A DNA stretch of 64,000 nt from an uncultured Planctomycetales bacterium (GCA_964577825.1 CAZOBJ010000004.1:3226-67225), one strand, 5' to 3'; counted from the first letter of the stretch, positions 10,387 through 20,258 are shown. Notes: generated by a model from the sequence alone, not told the origin. Translations and numbers: made by a program.

Positions 10387-12375
10387 ATGGCAAGGGGGCG
10401 CATCATGGCGCAGACAACCTGGCGGGCCTTGACGGACGCTGAGATCGCGCAGCTCGAGCAAGGCGGCTCGTGCGCGGAGGACTGGTCGCGCGTGCGCGTG
10501 CGCGAGGGGTTCCGGCCCGAGCACGTGGCCGGGTGCCGGTTCACCGGCAGCGTCGGCCTGGGCGCGTTCCGCGCGCCGGTGGGGGTCGCGGGCGCGCACC
10601 TGCCCTCGGGGGTGTATCGCAGCCACCTGCACGACGCGACCGTGGATGACGACGCCCTGGTCGCGGACGTGGGGCTGCTCAGCCGCTACGATGTAGGCCG
10701 GGCCGCATGCGTCTCGCGCACGGTGGAGCTCGCCGTGGACGAGGAGACGAGCTTCGGCAACGGCGTGGAGATCGAGGTGCTCAACGAGGGCGGCGGCCGC
10801 GAGATCGTGCTCTTCGAGCGGCTGTCGGCCCAGTTCGCGTACCTGATGGCCTGCTACCGGCACCGACCCAGGCTCGTGGAGGCGCTGCACCGCATGGCCA
10901 GGGACTTCGCCGCCCAGCGGCGCTCGGACCGGGGCCGCGTGGGCGCGGGTGCGGTCGTGGTGGGGTGCGGACGGGTCCGCAACGTGGCCGTCGGCCCCGC
11001 CGCGATCCTGGACGGCGTCGCGCGGCTCGAGAACGGCACCGTGGCCTCGAATGAGGAGGCGCCCACTCGGGTGGGCACGGCCGTGCAGGCCGAGGACTTC
11101 ATCGTGCAGACCGGGTCGGAGGTCGACAGCGGGGCGCTCTTGACTCAGACCTTCGTGGGCCAGGGGTGCCGCATCGGCCGCCAGTTCTCGGCCGAGGGGT
11201 GCGCGTTGTTCGCCAACTGCGAGGGGTTCCACGGCGAGGCGATCTCTGCGCTCGCCGGACCGTACTCGGTCACCCACCACAAGAGCTCGATCCTCATCGC
11301 CGGGGTGTTCAGCTTCTACAACGCGGGCTCGGGCACCAACCAGTCCAACCACATGTACAAGCTCGGCCCCGTGCACCAGGGCGTGGTCGAGCGCGGCAGC
11401 AAGACCGGATCGTTCAGCTACCTGCTCTGGCCAGCCCGCGTGGGGCCGTTCAGCGCGGTGCTCGGCAAGCACTACGCGAACTTCGACGCGCGCAACCTGC
11501 CCTTCAGCTATGTGAACGAGGAGGAGGGCCGGTCGGTCCTCAGCCCCGCCGTGAACCTGTTCACCGTGGGCACCCGCCGCGACGGCGAGAAATGGCCCGG
11601 CCGCGACCGGCGCACGGATCCGGACCGGCTGGACTGGATCCGGTTCGAGGTCTTCTCGCCCTTCACCGTGGGCCGGATGATGGCAGGCCTGGACGAGATC
11701 AGCGCGCTCTACGAGCGAGCCGAGCGCAGCCAGACCTATGTCACGTACAAGGGCATCGCCATCAAGCGGCTCCTGTGCCGCACCGCCAAAAAGCACTACG
11801 CCATGGCCATTGATCTGTACCTGGGGGGGATGCTGGCAGACCGGCTGGAACGCGACGCCGCGCCCGAGGCGGCCCTGGCCGCGCCGGAGATCGCGCACGG
11901 GCCCGGCGCGTGGGTGGACGTGCTGGGGCTCCTGGCCCCGCAAAGCGCGGTGGAGGAGGTTTGCGACGAGGTCGAGTCGGGGCGGGCCGGCGACCTTGCG
12001 GCCCTGGAGGCGCGGCTGTCCCGCATCCACGAGGACTACGACGAGGCCGCCTGGGCCTGGGCGTGCGAGGCGTGGCGCGCGCGCGCGGGCAAGGCGCCCG
12101 CGGACATGAGCCCGGACGAACTGCGCGCGGCCGTGGCCGAGTGGCGCGACGCGGCGCTGAAGCTCAACCGCATGATCCGCCTGGACGCGGAGAAGGAATA
12201 CAGCGTGCAGACGCGCATCGGGTTCGGCATCGACGGCGACGAGGCGGTGCGCGACCGCGACTTCGAGGCGGTGCGCGGTGTGCCCGAGACGAACAAGTTC
12301 ATCCAGGGGCTGGACGCCGAGGCGCGCGAGATTCGCGAGCGCGCCGAGCGTCTGCTCGCCAAGCTCGCCTCCTGA
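10387..12375 (+). CDS. DUF4954-like beta-helix protein (function unknown)
   Basis: 662-aa ORF starting 9 nt after nagB. The N-terminus LTDAEIAQLEQGGSCAEDWSRVRV and the repetitive hexapeptide-like segments resemble the DUF4954 family as I remember it. I cannot verify this without a profile search. Confidence 0.5.
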   Translation: MARGRIMAQTTWRALTDAEIAQLEQGGSCAEDWSRVRVREGFRPEHVAGCRFTGSVGLGAFRAPVGVAGAHLPSGVYRSHLHDATVDDDALVADVGLLSRYDVGRAACVSRTVELAVDEETSFGNGVEIEVLNEGGGREIVLFERLSAQFAYLMACYRHRPRLVEALHRMARDFAAQRRSDRGRVGAGAVVVGCGRVRNVAVGPAAILDGVARLENGTVASNEEAPTRVGTAVQAEDFIVQTGSEVDSGALLTQTFVGQGCRIGRQFSAEGCALFANCEGFHGEAISALAGPYSVTHHKSSILIAGVFSFYNAGSGTNQSNHMYKLGPVHQGVVERGSKTGSFSYLLWPARVGPFSAVLGKHYANFDARNLPFSYVNEEEGRSVLSPAVNLFTVGTRRDGEKWPGRDRRTDPDRLDWIRFEVFSPFTVGRMMAGLDEISALYERAERSQTYVTYKGIAIKRLLCRTAKKHYAMAIDLYLGGMLADRLERDAAPEAALAAPEIAHGPGAWVDVLGLLAPQSAVEEVCDEVESGRAGDLAALEARLSRIHEDYDEAAWAWACEAWRARAGKAPADMSPDELRAAVAEWRDAALKLNRMIRLDAEKEYSVQTRIGFGIDGDEAVRDRDFEAVRGVPETNKFIQGLDAEAREIRERAERLLAKLAS

Positions 12376-12398
12376 CGGAGACGCAAAGGAGACCGGCC

Positions 12399-13520
12399 AT
12401 GGCCGGGACGCCGACCTATGTAGGCGTGGACCTCGGGGCCGGCAGCGGCGCGAAGATCGGTCTTTTCGACGAGCGCTGCGACCTCCAGGCCGAGTCGCTG
12501 CTTCCCATCGGCCGGTACGGCGACACGGCCGAGTCCCTGGCCCAGGCCCTGGGCGACGCGGTCGAAGAGGCCCTGCGCCAGGCGGGCGCGGATCGCCGGG
12601 CCGTGCGCGGCGCGGGCATCGCGAGCCCGGGCCTGTTCCGGTCGGACGGGTCGTACCTTTTGGCCCAGAACCTGCTCTTCCTCAACAACCAGAACCTGCC
12701 CGCGCTCCTCTCCGACCGGCTGGACGTGCCCGTGGGCATTGAGAACGACGCGAACGCCGGCGGCCTGGCCGAATGGAGCGTGCTGCGCATGGAGCTTCTG
12801 TACTGGGTCTTCGGCGGCGGCTGGGGCGGGGCGTGGATCGGCGCGGACGGGGAGGTGCGGTTCTCGGCCCTGGACTGGGACGGCGAGGACGCGCATCTTC
12901 ACTACACGAACGAGCCCGGATATGCCATCCCCCTGGAGAAGCTGAGCCTGCGCGTGATCCTGCTTCAGCACGGAGTGAGCTACGAGCGGCTCGAACAGGT
13001 GCTCATCGAGGAGCTCGACCCCCCGGGCGGGGTGGTCACCGGCCCGTCGGGCAGCCCCGACCATCTGCGCGCGGAGACGCTCTTGAGCGGCCCCGGGCGG
13101 CGGCGGCTCTTCCGCGCGATCGTGGGCGACGACGACTCCTACGAGCGGTTTCTGGACCTGAGCGAAGCGGACGAGATCCAGGACCCGGCCCGAGCCGGCA
13201 AGCACATCAGCAAGCTGAGCAGCCTGCGCGTAGAGGCGGCCCTGACCACGGACCGGGTGTTCGGCCGGATCCTGGCCGAGGCCACCCGCATCCTGCTCAA
13301 GCAAGCGCACGCCGACGGCCTGGCGCCCGGAGCGCCCATCTGCCTCGGGGGCAAGCCCAGCTACGCCCTGCCGTACTTCGGACCCTCAGCGCAGCGGGCG
13401 GTCGGGGCCATGGGGTACATGAACTATCTGCGCCCGTCGATTATCGACGAGCGAGGGTCGAACGCCAACTTGGTCGGCGCGTGCGTGGTGGCCGACAAGG
13501 TGGCCAAGGGGACGTCCTGA
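12399..13520 (+). CDS. ROK-like sugar kinase/regulator family protein (divergent)
   Basis: ATG 12399 follows AAAGGAGA. Motifs YVGVDLGAGSGAKIG, GIASPG, VGIENDANAGGLAEW and VFGGGWGGAWI indicate the ROK/ASKHA fold. The CxCGxxGC zinc motif of canonical ROK kinases is absent. The ORF-track start at 11910 overlaps the preceding gene and was rejected. Confidence 0.7.
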   Translation: MAGTPTYVGVDLGAGSGAKIGLFDERCDLQAESLLPIGRYGDTAESLAQALGDAVEEALRQAGADRRAVRGAGIASPGLFRSDGSYLLAQNLLFLNNQNLPALLSDRLDVPVGIENDANAGGLAEWSVLRMELLYWVFGGGWGGAWIGADGEVRFSALDWDGEDAHLHYTNEPGYAIPLEKLSLRVILLQHGVSYERLEQVLIEELDPPGGVVTGPSGSPDHLRAETLLSGPGRRRLFRAIVGDDDSYERFLDLSEADEIQDPARAGKHISKLSSLRVEAALTTDRVFGRILAEATRILLKQAHADGLAPGAPICLGGKPSYALPYFGPSAQRAVGAMGYMNYLRPSIIDERGSNANLVGACVVADKVAKGTS

Positions 13521-13588
13521 CGTTGCCGCCCGGACGGCCGTGCGGGGCTGGCGGGAAGATTTTCCGCGGTTTCCGGACAAGAATTCGG

Positions 13589-13617
13589 TTGACTCCTGTG
13601 CGAAGCTGTGCTTAATT
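13589..13617 (+). promoter_or_regulatory. candidate sigma70-type promoter of the cold-shock gene
   Basis: TTGACT (13589-13594), a 17-nt spacer, then TTAATT (13612-13617), in a locally AT-richer patch. This would leave a 5' UTR of about 100 nt. Confidence 0.4.
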
Positions 13618-13718
13618 ACGTGTTCTGAAGGGCTCTCCTACTCCCTCGGGGCGCACTTCGTTTTGGGTAGAGAGGGAGATGGTGATGGCCCCAAAGGGGG
13701 CCGGCAGGAGGGGTTGTA

Positions 13719-13925
13719 GTGGCAACCGGTACTGTGAAGTGGTTTAACGACCAGAAGGGGTATGGGTTCATCGTGCCCGACGAGGGCGATGGCAAGGATC
13801 TGTTCGTGCACCACAGCAACGTGGTCATGGAGGGATTCCGTACCCTGCAGGACGGCCAGAAGGTTGAGTACGAGGCCGCGGCGGGCCGTAAGGGTCCCGA
13901 AGCGGTCAATGTGCGCCCCGTCTGA
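13719..13925 (+). CDS. cold-shock protein (CspA family)
   Basis: GTG start. [15 protein letters not shown] (RNP1) and DLFVHHS (RNP2) motifs. 68 aa. Confidence 0.95.
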   Translation: MATGTVKWFNDQKGYGFIVPDEGDGKDLFVHHSNVVMEGFRTLQDGQKVEYEAAAGRKGPEAVNVRPV

Positions 13926-13950
13926 GCGCTGCTGCGGTTGGAAGCCACGG

Positions 13951-13977
13951 CCCCGGCGAAAGCCGGGGCTTTTTTTT
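13951..13977 (+). terminator. rho-independent terminator after csp
   Basis: Stem CCCCGGC, loop GAAA, stem GCCGGGG, followed by CTTTTTTTT. Confidence 0.85.
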
Positions 13978-14117
13978 GGCCCGAGCTTGCGGCGCGCGCG
14001 AGCGGCCCTGGCGCGCCGGACGGCACAAAAACCCTTGCCGCCTGCGCGCGCGGGCCCTAAGCTGTGGCGGTGTGTGCTTTGCGGCCGGTCGATCCGGCAT
14101 GTCCAGGAGGCAGGACC

Positions 14118-14405
14118 ATGGCGACCTATCTCATGTTCGGGAAGTACTCGGTGGACGCCATCAAGGAGGCGAGCGCCGAGCGCACCACCGAGGCGGGCGA
14201 GATTGTGGAAAAACTCGGCGGACAGATCAAGGCCATCTACGCCCTGCTGGGCGAGCAGGACCTGGTGCTCGTGGTGGAGTTGCCGGGCCTGCGCGAGGCC
14301 ATGCAGGCCTCGGTGATCCTGAGCCGCGACACAGGGATCGCGTTTTCCACCTCGCCGGCCATGCCCGTCAGCGAGTTCGACGAGCTGCTCGCGCAGTTGC
14401 CTTGA
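14118..14405 (+). CDS. GYD domain-containing protein
   Basis: ATG 14118 follows GGAGG. MATYLMFGKYS...AIYALLGEQDLVLVVELP is typical of the GYD family. 95 aa. Confidence 0.8.
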   Translation: MATYLMFGKYSVDAIKEASAERTTEAGEIVEKLGGQIKAIYALLGEQDLVLVVELPGLREAMQASVILSRDTGIAFSTSPAMPVSEFDELLAQLP

Positions 14406-14486
14406 GCGAGCCCACGCGCGGCCCCCACCGGGCCGCCGCCGGAGCCCAGAGGACGCGCTTGACCTGAGCGCAGGGAGGACGCGCCC

Positions 14487-15974
14487 GTGCCCGACCCCAT
14501 GAACGTCGTCTACCTTGTCACGGACCAGCACCGGTGGGACATCCTCGGCTGCAGCGGCCACCCCATGGTGCAGACGCCGAACATCGACGCCTTGGCCGCC
14601 GAGGGGACCCGGTTCACGAACGCGTTCACCCCCAGCGCCATCTGCACGCCCGCGCGCGCGTCGCTGTTTACCGGGCTCTTTCCCACGGCCCACGGCATGA
14701 CCGCGAACGTGAGCCCCCAGGAGGATCTGGCCGGGTGGCAGCGGGGCGCGGACTTTCCCGAGGGCGTGCGTACGCTCGGGGACATGCTGCGCGGGGTGGA
14801 GCTCTTCTACTTCGGCAAGTGGCACATCGGGTCCGGGGTGCCGTCGGCCTACGGGTTCCGCGGGCACGACTTCCCGGGCTACGGGTTCCCGGGGGCCGGA
14901 CTGTACCGGGACTTCGCCTTCGACCTGTCTCCGGGGGAGCGCAACCGGTACGCGCAGTGGCTGGCGGAAAAGGGATTCGAGGTGCCCGCCGTGCGCGAGG
15001 CGATGCACGGCCAGAACCCCCGCATGCGCCGCCAGGAGCTCAAGGCCCTGCTCACCGGCCCGCCCGAGGCGTCCGTGCCGCACTTCCTCGTGGACGACGC
15101 GGTCCGCATGCTGCGCGCCGACCGGGGGGCGGGCAAGCCCTTCTTCGCCTGGCTCAACTTCTGGGGGCCGCACAGTCCGTGCCTGGTGCCCGAGCCCTAC
15201 TACTCCATGTACCGCCCGGAGGACATCCCGGTGGACCCCGCGTTCGCCGAGGGGTTCGAGGGCAAGCCCACCTACTTCCGGATGGTCAGCCAGATGTGGG
15301 GGCTCGACGAACTGGAGTGGTCCGGCTGGCAGGAGATCATCGCCCGGTACTACGGGTACGTGACGCTCATCGACCACTGCATCGGCCGATTTCTCGACGG
15401 GCTGCGCGGCCTGGGCCTGTACGAGAACACGCTTATCGTGTTCACCTCGGACCACGGCGACTGCCTGGGCGCGCACCGGTTGTTCGAGAAGGGCGCGTTC
15501 ATGTACGACGCCATCTACCGCATCCCCCTGGTGGCCCGTCACCCGGCGCCGGCGCGGCGGGGGGCCACGTGCGACGAGTTCGTCTACTTCCACGACCTGT
15601 GCCCCACGGCCGTGGAGGCGGCCACGGGCCGGGCGCCCGACTTCGGCTTCCAGTCGCAGAGCATCCTGGCGCAGATGCGCGGAGAGAAAGCGCCCACGGG
15701 ACGGGACCATGTGTTCGGCGAGTTCACCAAGCACTTCTGCCCCTTCCCCCAGCGCATGGTGCGCACGCGCACGCACAAGTTCATCTTCAACGCCGCGGCC
15801 GAGGGCGAGCTCTACGACCTCGAGCGCGACCCGCACGAGCTGCACAACGTGAACCGGGACCCGGCCTACGCGCAGGTGAAGCGCGAGCTCATGGCCGTCC
15901 TGGAAAGGGAGATGCAGGCGCGCGACGATCCCCTGTTGCGCTGGTACGGGTCCATGGACTGGCGCAAGTACTGA
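14487..15974 (+). CDS. sulfatase (formylglycine-dependent), no signal peptide
   Basis: VVYLVTDQHR...CTPARASLFTG (C-x-P-x-R site) and the sulfatase core FTSDHGD. GTG 14487 lies 7 nt after GGAGGA; an alternative ATG is at 14499. Confidence 0.9.
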   Translation: MPDPMNVVYLVTDQHRWDILGCSGHPMVQTPNIDALAAEGTRFTNAFTPSAICTPARASLFTGLFPTAHGMTANVSPQEDLAGWQRGADFPEGVRTLGDMLRGVELFYFGKWHIGSGVPSAYGFRGHDFPGYGFPGAGLYRDFAFDLSPGERNRYAQWLAEKGFEVPAVREAMHGQNPRMRRQELKALLTGPPEASVPHFLVDDAVRMLRADRGAGKPFFAWLNFWGPHSPCLVPEPYYSMYRPEDIPVDPAFAEGFEGKPTYFRMVSQMWGLDELEWSGWQEIIARYYGYVTLIDHCIGRFLDGLRGLGLYENTLIVFTSDHGDCLGAHRLFEKGAFMYDAIYRIPLVARHPAPARRGATCDEFVYFHDLCPTAVEAATGRAPDFGFQSQSILAQMRGEKAPTGRDHVFGEFTKHFCPFPQRMVRTRTHKFIFNAAAEGELYDLERDPHELHNVNRDPAYAQVKRELMAVLEREMQARDDPLLRWYGSMDWRKY

Positions 15975-16005
15975 TCGCGCGCGCGGACGCGGACGAGGGC
16001 GAACG

Positions 16006-16215
16006 ATGAACAAGGGCGGGTTTTCCTGGAAGCGGCTCTTGGGCGTGACGGGCGCCAAGGCCAAGCTCTCGCGCAAGCTGGGCGTGCCGCTCACGCGCAG
16101 CGGCCGCCAGCGCAAGGTGGGCCGCGCGCTCACGGGCGGGGGGTGCGCGCTCCTCGTGGCGCTGGCCGGGGCCTTGACGGTCGCGGCGGCGGCCGCGGCG
16201 TGCGTGGGCCTCTAA
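16006..16215 (+). CDS. small basic protein with C-terminal transmembrane helix (unknown function)
   Basis: 69 aa, with GAGGG 6 nt upstream. The basic N-terminal half (KAKLSRKLGVPLTRSGRQRKVGR) is followed by a hydrophobic helix. Coding status is not proven. Confidence 0.45.
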   Translation: MNKGGFSWKRLLGVTGAKAKLSRKLGVPLTRSGRQRKVGRALTGGGCALLVALAGALTVAAAAAACVGL

Positions 16216-16240
16216 GAGGCGCCCTTGCGGACACACGGGC

Positions 16241-18535
16241 ATGAGTGAACCCGATCGCCGGCCCGCGGACGCCGCGGGCCAGGACCGCCACCAGTTCGGC
16301 ACCTTCGGCGGGGTGTTTACCCCGAGCATCCTCACGATCCTCGGGGTCATCATGTTCATGCGGGCGAACTTCGTCCTGGGCCACGCCGGAGTCCTCGGCG
16401 CGATCGTCATCCTGGTCATCGCGAAGTCGATCACCTTCACCACCACGCTTTCCATCTCCGCGGTGGCCACGAACATGCGCGTGCGCGGGGGCGGCACCTA
16501 CTACATGATCAGCCGGGTGCTCGGCCCCGAGTTCGGGGGGGCGATCGGCATCGCGCTCTTCTGCGCGCTGGCCCTGTCCGTGCCCTTCTACATCCTGGGG
16601 TTCACCGAAGCGCTGTGCCGCAGCTTTGAGGTGCTGAGCCCCCACTTCCAGATGATCGCCATCGGTACGGCGGCCGTGTTCTTCGTCATCGCGTACGTGG
16701 GGGCCGGCTGGGCGATCCGCACGCAGTATCTGATCATGACCTTCCTGGTGCTGGCCATCGCCGCGTTCCTGGGCGGGGCGATCGAGCATTTCTCCCTGGA
16801 CACGTTCCGCGCGAACTGGGAGTCGCTCCCTCGCCTGGACGCCCAGAGCCCCGAGCGCTATCTGCCCGGCATCGCGCCGCTCGGGTTCTGGGCGGTGTTC
16901 GCCATCTACTTCCCGGCCGTGACCGGCATCGACGCCGGGGTCAACATGTCCGGCGATCTGAAGGACCCGGGCCGCAGCATCCCGCGCGGCGCCCTGGCCG
17001 CGGTCGGGGTGGGGTTCCTGGTCTACCTCGTGGAGATTTTCCTGTCGGGCGGGGCGTACGCGCGCCGCGACCTTATCGAGACCCCGTATCAGCTCCTGCG
17101 CGACAACGCGATCTTCGGCACGGGCGTGGTCGTGATGCTCGGGGTGTTCGCGGCCACGCTCTCCAGCGCCTTGGGCAGCTACCTCTCCAGCCCCCGGGTC
17201 CTCCAGGCGGTTAGCCGCGACCCCGTACTGCGCTTCCTGCGCCCCTTCGCCAGGGGCACGGCCAAGCGGGACGAGCCGCGCCGCGCGCTCCTGTTCGTGG
17301 GGGCGATCACCCTGGCCGTGCTCCTGTGGGCGGGCAACGAGGCCGAGGGCAAGGCCCTGAACCTCGTGGCGTCGGTGGTGACCATGTTCTTCCTGTACAC
17401 CTACGGCATGATGAACCTGGCCGCGTTCACCGAGGCCGTGGCGCACAACCCGTCCTTCCGGCCGCGCTTCCGGTACTTCCACTGGGCCACGGCCCTGGCC
17501 GGGGGGCTCGGGTGCGTGGCGGTGAGCTTCCTGGTCCAGCCGGTGGCGGCCGGGGCCGCGGTGGTCCTGATCGGCGGGCTGTACTGGTACGTGCGCAGCC
17601 GCAACCTGCAGCGCACCTTCGGGGACGCGCGCCGCGGGTTCGTGTACGCGGCCGCGCGGCGGGATCTCTTGCACCTGGCCACCATGGAAGAGGACCCGCG
17701 CAACTGGCGGCCCACGATCCTGGTCTTCAGCGGCAACCCGGACACGCGCCAGACCCTGGTCCGGTACGCGGACTGGCTGGAGTCCGGCCGCGGGTTCGTG
17801 TTGCTGGCGAATATCCTGAAGGGCAGCACCGAGTCGGTGGCCGAGTTCGGCCGCATGCACGGCTCGGCCCTGCGCCAGCTGCGGGCCTGGTGCGCGGAGC
17901 ACGAGGTCCAGGCCTTCCCCCTCGCCGTGGTGGCCGACACGGTGGAGGAGGGCATGGCGATGCTCTTGCAGACCGCGTCCGTGGGTCCGGTGCGGCCGAA
18001 CCTGGCCATGTTCGGATGGACCGCCACCGCCGAGCGCGCGGAGGCCCTGGCCCATCATCTGCGTCTGGCGGCGGGCATGGGTATGACCCTGGTGCTCGTC
18101 TACGACCGGGGCCTGCCCGAACTCGGCCCCGGAAAGCGCATCGACGTATGGTGGCGGGGGCAGAGGAACGGCGCGGTGATGATGATTCTCGCGTACCTCC
18201 TGTCTCGCAACTGGGAGTGGGAGAACGCGCGCATCCGGATCCTGCGCGTGGTCGACCGCGAGGAGGGCCGCGGCCCCGCGCTCGAGGCGCTCAACGCCCT
18301 GATCATGGATTCCCGCGTGGAGGCCGAGGGCCGCGTGCTCGTCAACGACTCGGAGGACCCGTTTGTCGAGTTCCTGCGACGCGAGTCCGCAGACGCCGAC
18401 TGCGTGTTCCTGGGCTTCGACCTGCCCGAACAGGGCGCGGCCGCGCAGTGGCACCGCACGCGGGCCGAACTCCTGGCCCCGCTTCCGACCACCCTGCTCG
18501 TGAGCTCCACCACGAGCGAGGACCTGCTCGCCTGA
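16241..18535 (+). CDS. APC-superfamily permease, cation-chloride cotransporter (SLC12)-like
   Basis: FGTFGGVFTPSILTILGVIMFMR and GGGTYYMISRVLGPEFGGAIG signatures. About 12 TM segments plus a cytoplasmic C-terminal domain of about 280 aa. Confidence 0.8.
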   Translation: MSEPDRRPADAAGQDRHQFGTFGGVFTPSILTILGVIMFMRANFVLGHAGVLGAIVILVIAKSITFTTTLSISAVATNMRVRGGGTYYMISRVLGPEFGGAIGIALFCALALSVPFYILGFTEALCRSFEVLSPHFQMIAIGTAAVFFVIAYVGAGWAIRTQYLIMTFLVLAIAAFLGGAIEHFSLDTFRANWESLPRLDAQSPERYLPGIAPLGFWAVFAIYFPAVTGIDAGVNMSGDLKDPGRSIPRGALAAVGVGFLVYLVEIFLSGGAYARRDLIETPYQLLRDNAIFGTGVVVMLGVFAATLSSALGSYLSSPRVLQAVSRDPVLRFLRPFARGTAKRDEPRRALLFVGAITLAVLLWAGNEAEGKALNLVASVVTMFFLYTYGMMNLAAFTEAVAHNPSFRPRFRYFHWATALAGGLGCVAVSFLVQPVAAGAAVVLIGGLYWYVRSRNLQRTFGDARRGFVYAAARRDLLHLATMEEDPRNWRPTILVFSGNPDTRQTLVRYADWLESGRGFVLLANILKGSTESVAEFGRMHGSALRQLRAWCAEHEVQAFPLAVVADTVEEGMAMLLQTASVGPVRPNLAMFGWTATAERAEALAHHLRLAAGMGMTLVLVYDRGLPELGPGKRIDVWWRGQRNGAVMMILAYLLSRNWEWENARIRILRVVDREEGRGPALEALNALIMDSRVEAEGRVLVNDSEDPFVEFLRRESADADCVFLGFDLPEQGAAAQWHRTRAELLAPLPTTLLVSSTTSEDLLA

Positions 18536-18643
18536 CGGGCACATTGCCCAGGGACCGCCCGGCGTGGCTTTGTGCGCGCCCCGAGGCGTCTGTCGGTGCC
18601 ACAGCGGTCCAGGTAGCGCGGCAGCGGCCGGCGCGCACACAGG

Positions 18644-20095
18644 TCATGTGCCGCCCGCATTCCCGAATGTGCTTGAGCTGCGGGCGGGGGCAATTGGCCA
18701 CACGCGCAGCGTGTGCACGTGCATCCCGCCGCCGCGCGCCCTGAGCTGCAAGCCACCCGCGCCGGGCTCAGCGGGCAGGACCGGCGCCACGAGCCAGGCG
18801 CGCTCATTCGCGTACACCTCGACAACGGATCGGTCTACGAACACGCGCAAGTGCAGGAGGTTCTCGTCTTTCAACAGGCGAAACCGTCCGGACCGTTCTG
18901 CGCAGGAGAGGCGCCCGCGACGCGCGTCATACGTGATCGCAACGCCACACCTTGCACTGTCGCCGGCGCCACGAGAGGAAGAAGCTTCGCTCGGGCGCAG
19001 CACCTCCAGGACCCCGGCCTCTGCGTCCGCGGGATCGACGAGCAGGTCGATCTCTATCGTATCGCCCAGCACGCCGTCGAGCGGGTTGCCGCTTCGCGGA
19101 TCGAGGGGCAGGTTTTCTCCTGTGTGCAGCGCGGGCCCATGCAGGGCGGCGAGTTCGGGCAGAGGAGTGAGGCGCAGCCCCCCTCCGCGGCGCGCGTCGA
19201 GCACTACCGGCAGCGTGAGGTAGCCTGTCCAAGGGGCGCGCGTGCCCGCGTCCGCATGGATCCACCCGAACAGGATCCGCCGGCCGCGTGCATCCAGCAA
19301 GGTGTTGGGCGCGTACATCGGCCCGTCGAGTGCGAGCCGGCGCCATCGTCCGGGCCGAAATCGATCGTCCTCGTAATCGCCGAGTGCGTAGCGCACAGGC
19401 CCGTGCGGGCTGACCATGAGCACGTGCCGGTTCGCGAGCGGAAAGAAGTTCGGACACTCCCAGTGCCGGGCGGGGCCCGTGCACAGGGGGCCCAGGTAGC
19501 GCCATCGCACAAGGTCCGCCGATGCATACAGAAGCGCACACCCGCCTTGCCCCCGGACGCCGGACCCGAGCGCCATGCGCCACTCGTCGCCTTCGCGCCA
19601 GGCGAAAGGATCCCGGAATCCGGTCAGGTCGCCTCGCGGCGGGGAGGCGATCACAGGGTTGGCCGGGTGCTTGTGCCAGGTGCGCATGGCCTGGTCGCTG
19701 GTGGCCAGGCACTGGACCTCGGGCTTGACGCCGGTATACAGGATGGTCGGAGTGGCCTCATGGACCACGCAGCATCCGGAGTAGACCCCATCCGCGTCGT
19801 AGTCTTCCGGTCCGGGGGCCAGGGCTACGGGCTCATGATGCCAGTGCACGAGATCCGGGCTGGACGCATGGCCCCAGTGCATGGTCGCCCAGCGCGGTGC
19901 GTACGGGTTGTGTTGGTAGAACAGGTGGTAGCGCCCCGCGTGGTAGATCGGCCCGTTGGGGTCGTTGATCCAGTAGGCGGGCGGGCCGAAATGGAACGCG
20001 GGCCGCAGGGGGTCCGCGTCCGCCGCCGGCTGCGCTGCCAGCACGCTTTCGGTCGCGCGATGCACCAGCGCCTGGTGAGAGAGCCTCGGAGACAT
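18644..20095 (-). CDS. glycoside hydrolase family 32 (beta-fructofuranosidase/sucrose-6-phosphate hydrolase-like)
   Basis: The ordered GH32 motifs are present: WINDPNG, FRDP and WECPNFF. No signal peptide. Confidence 0.9.
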   Translation of the reverse strand: MSPRLSHQALVHRATESVLAAQPAADADPLRPAFHFGPPAYWINDPNGPIYHAGRYHLFYQHNPYAPRWATMHWGHASSPDLVHWHHEPVALAPGPEDYDADGVYSGCCVVHEATPTILYTGVKPEVQCLATSDQAMRTWHKHPANPVIASPPRGDLTGFRDPFAWREGDEWRMALGSGVRGQGGCALLYASADLVRWRYLGPLCTGPARHWECPNFFPLANRHVLMVSPHGPVRYALGDYEDDRFRPGRWRRLALDGPMYAPNTLLDARGRRILFGWIHADAGTRAPWTGYLTLPVVLDARRGGGLRLTPLPELAALHGPALHTGENLPLDPRSGNPLDGVLGDTIEIDLLVDPADAEAGVLEVLRPSEASSSRGAGDSARCGVAITYDARRGRLSCAERSGRFRLLKDENLLHLRVFVDRSVVEVYANERAWLVAPVLPAEPGAGGLQLRARGGGMHVHTLRVWPIAPARSSSTFGNAGGT

Positions 20096-20258
20096 GAGGC
20101 GTTCCTTTCGGTCGGGAGTATTGCTCTTGTCGGGATGACCGGTCGCCTGTCAGCGCAGCGCGGGTCGAGTCCAGCCTGACGATGCGGTGCTGCATTATGG
20201 GCGCTTGTGCGTGACAGTCAATCGAGGCGGCCCGCGACCGTCCGGCGCGGCGGGCGGC

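Noticed and set aside
11910-12398. N-terminal extension of the ROK-like ORF
   Set aside because: It overlaps the 3' end of the DUF4954-like gene in another frame. ATG 12399 has a good RBS and starts at the conserved ATPase phosphate-1 motif.
13638-16133. 831-aa minus-strand ORF spanning the csp, GYD and sulfatase genes
   Set aside because: The translation is Arg/Pro/Gly/Ala/His-rich and low in complexity, with no motifs. It is antisense to three genes with clear homology, which is the typical GC-rich shadow ORF.
16130-18640. 836-aa minus-strand ORF antisense to the SLC12-like permease
   Set aside because: Same shadow-ORF character. The plus-strand frame has clear APC-family motifs and TM periodicity.
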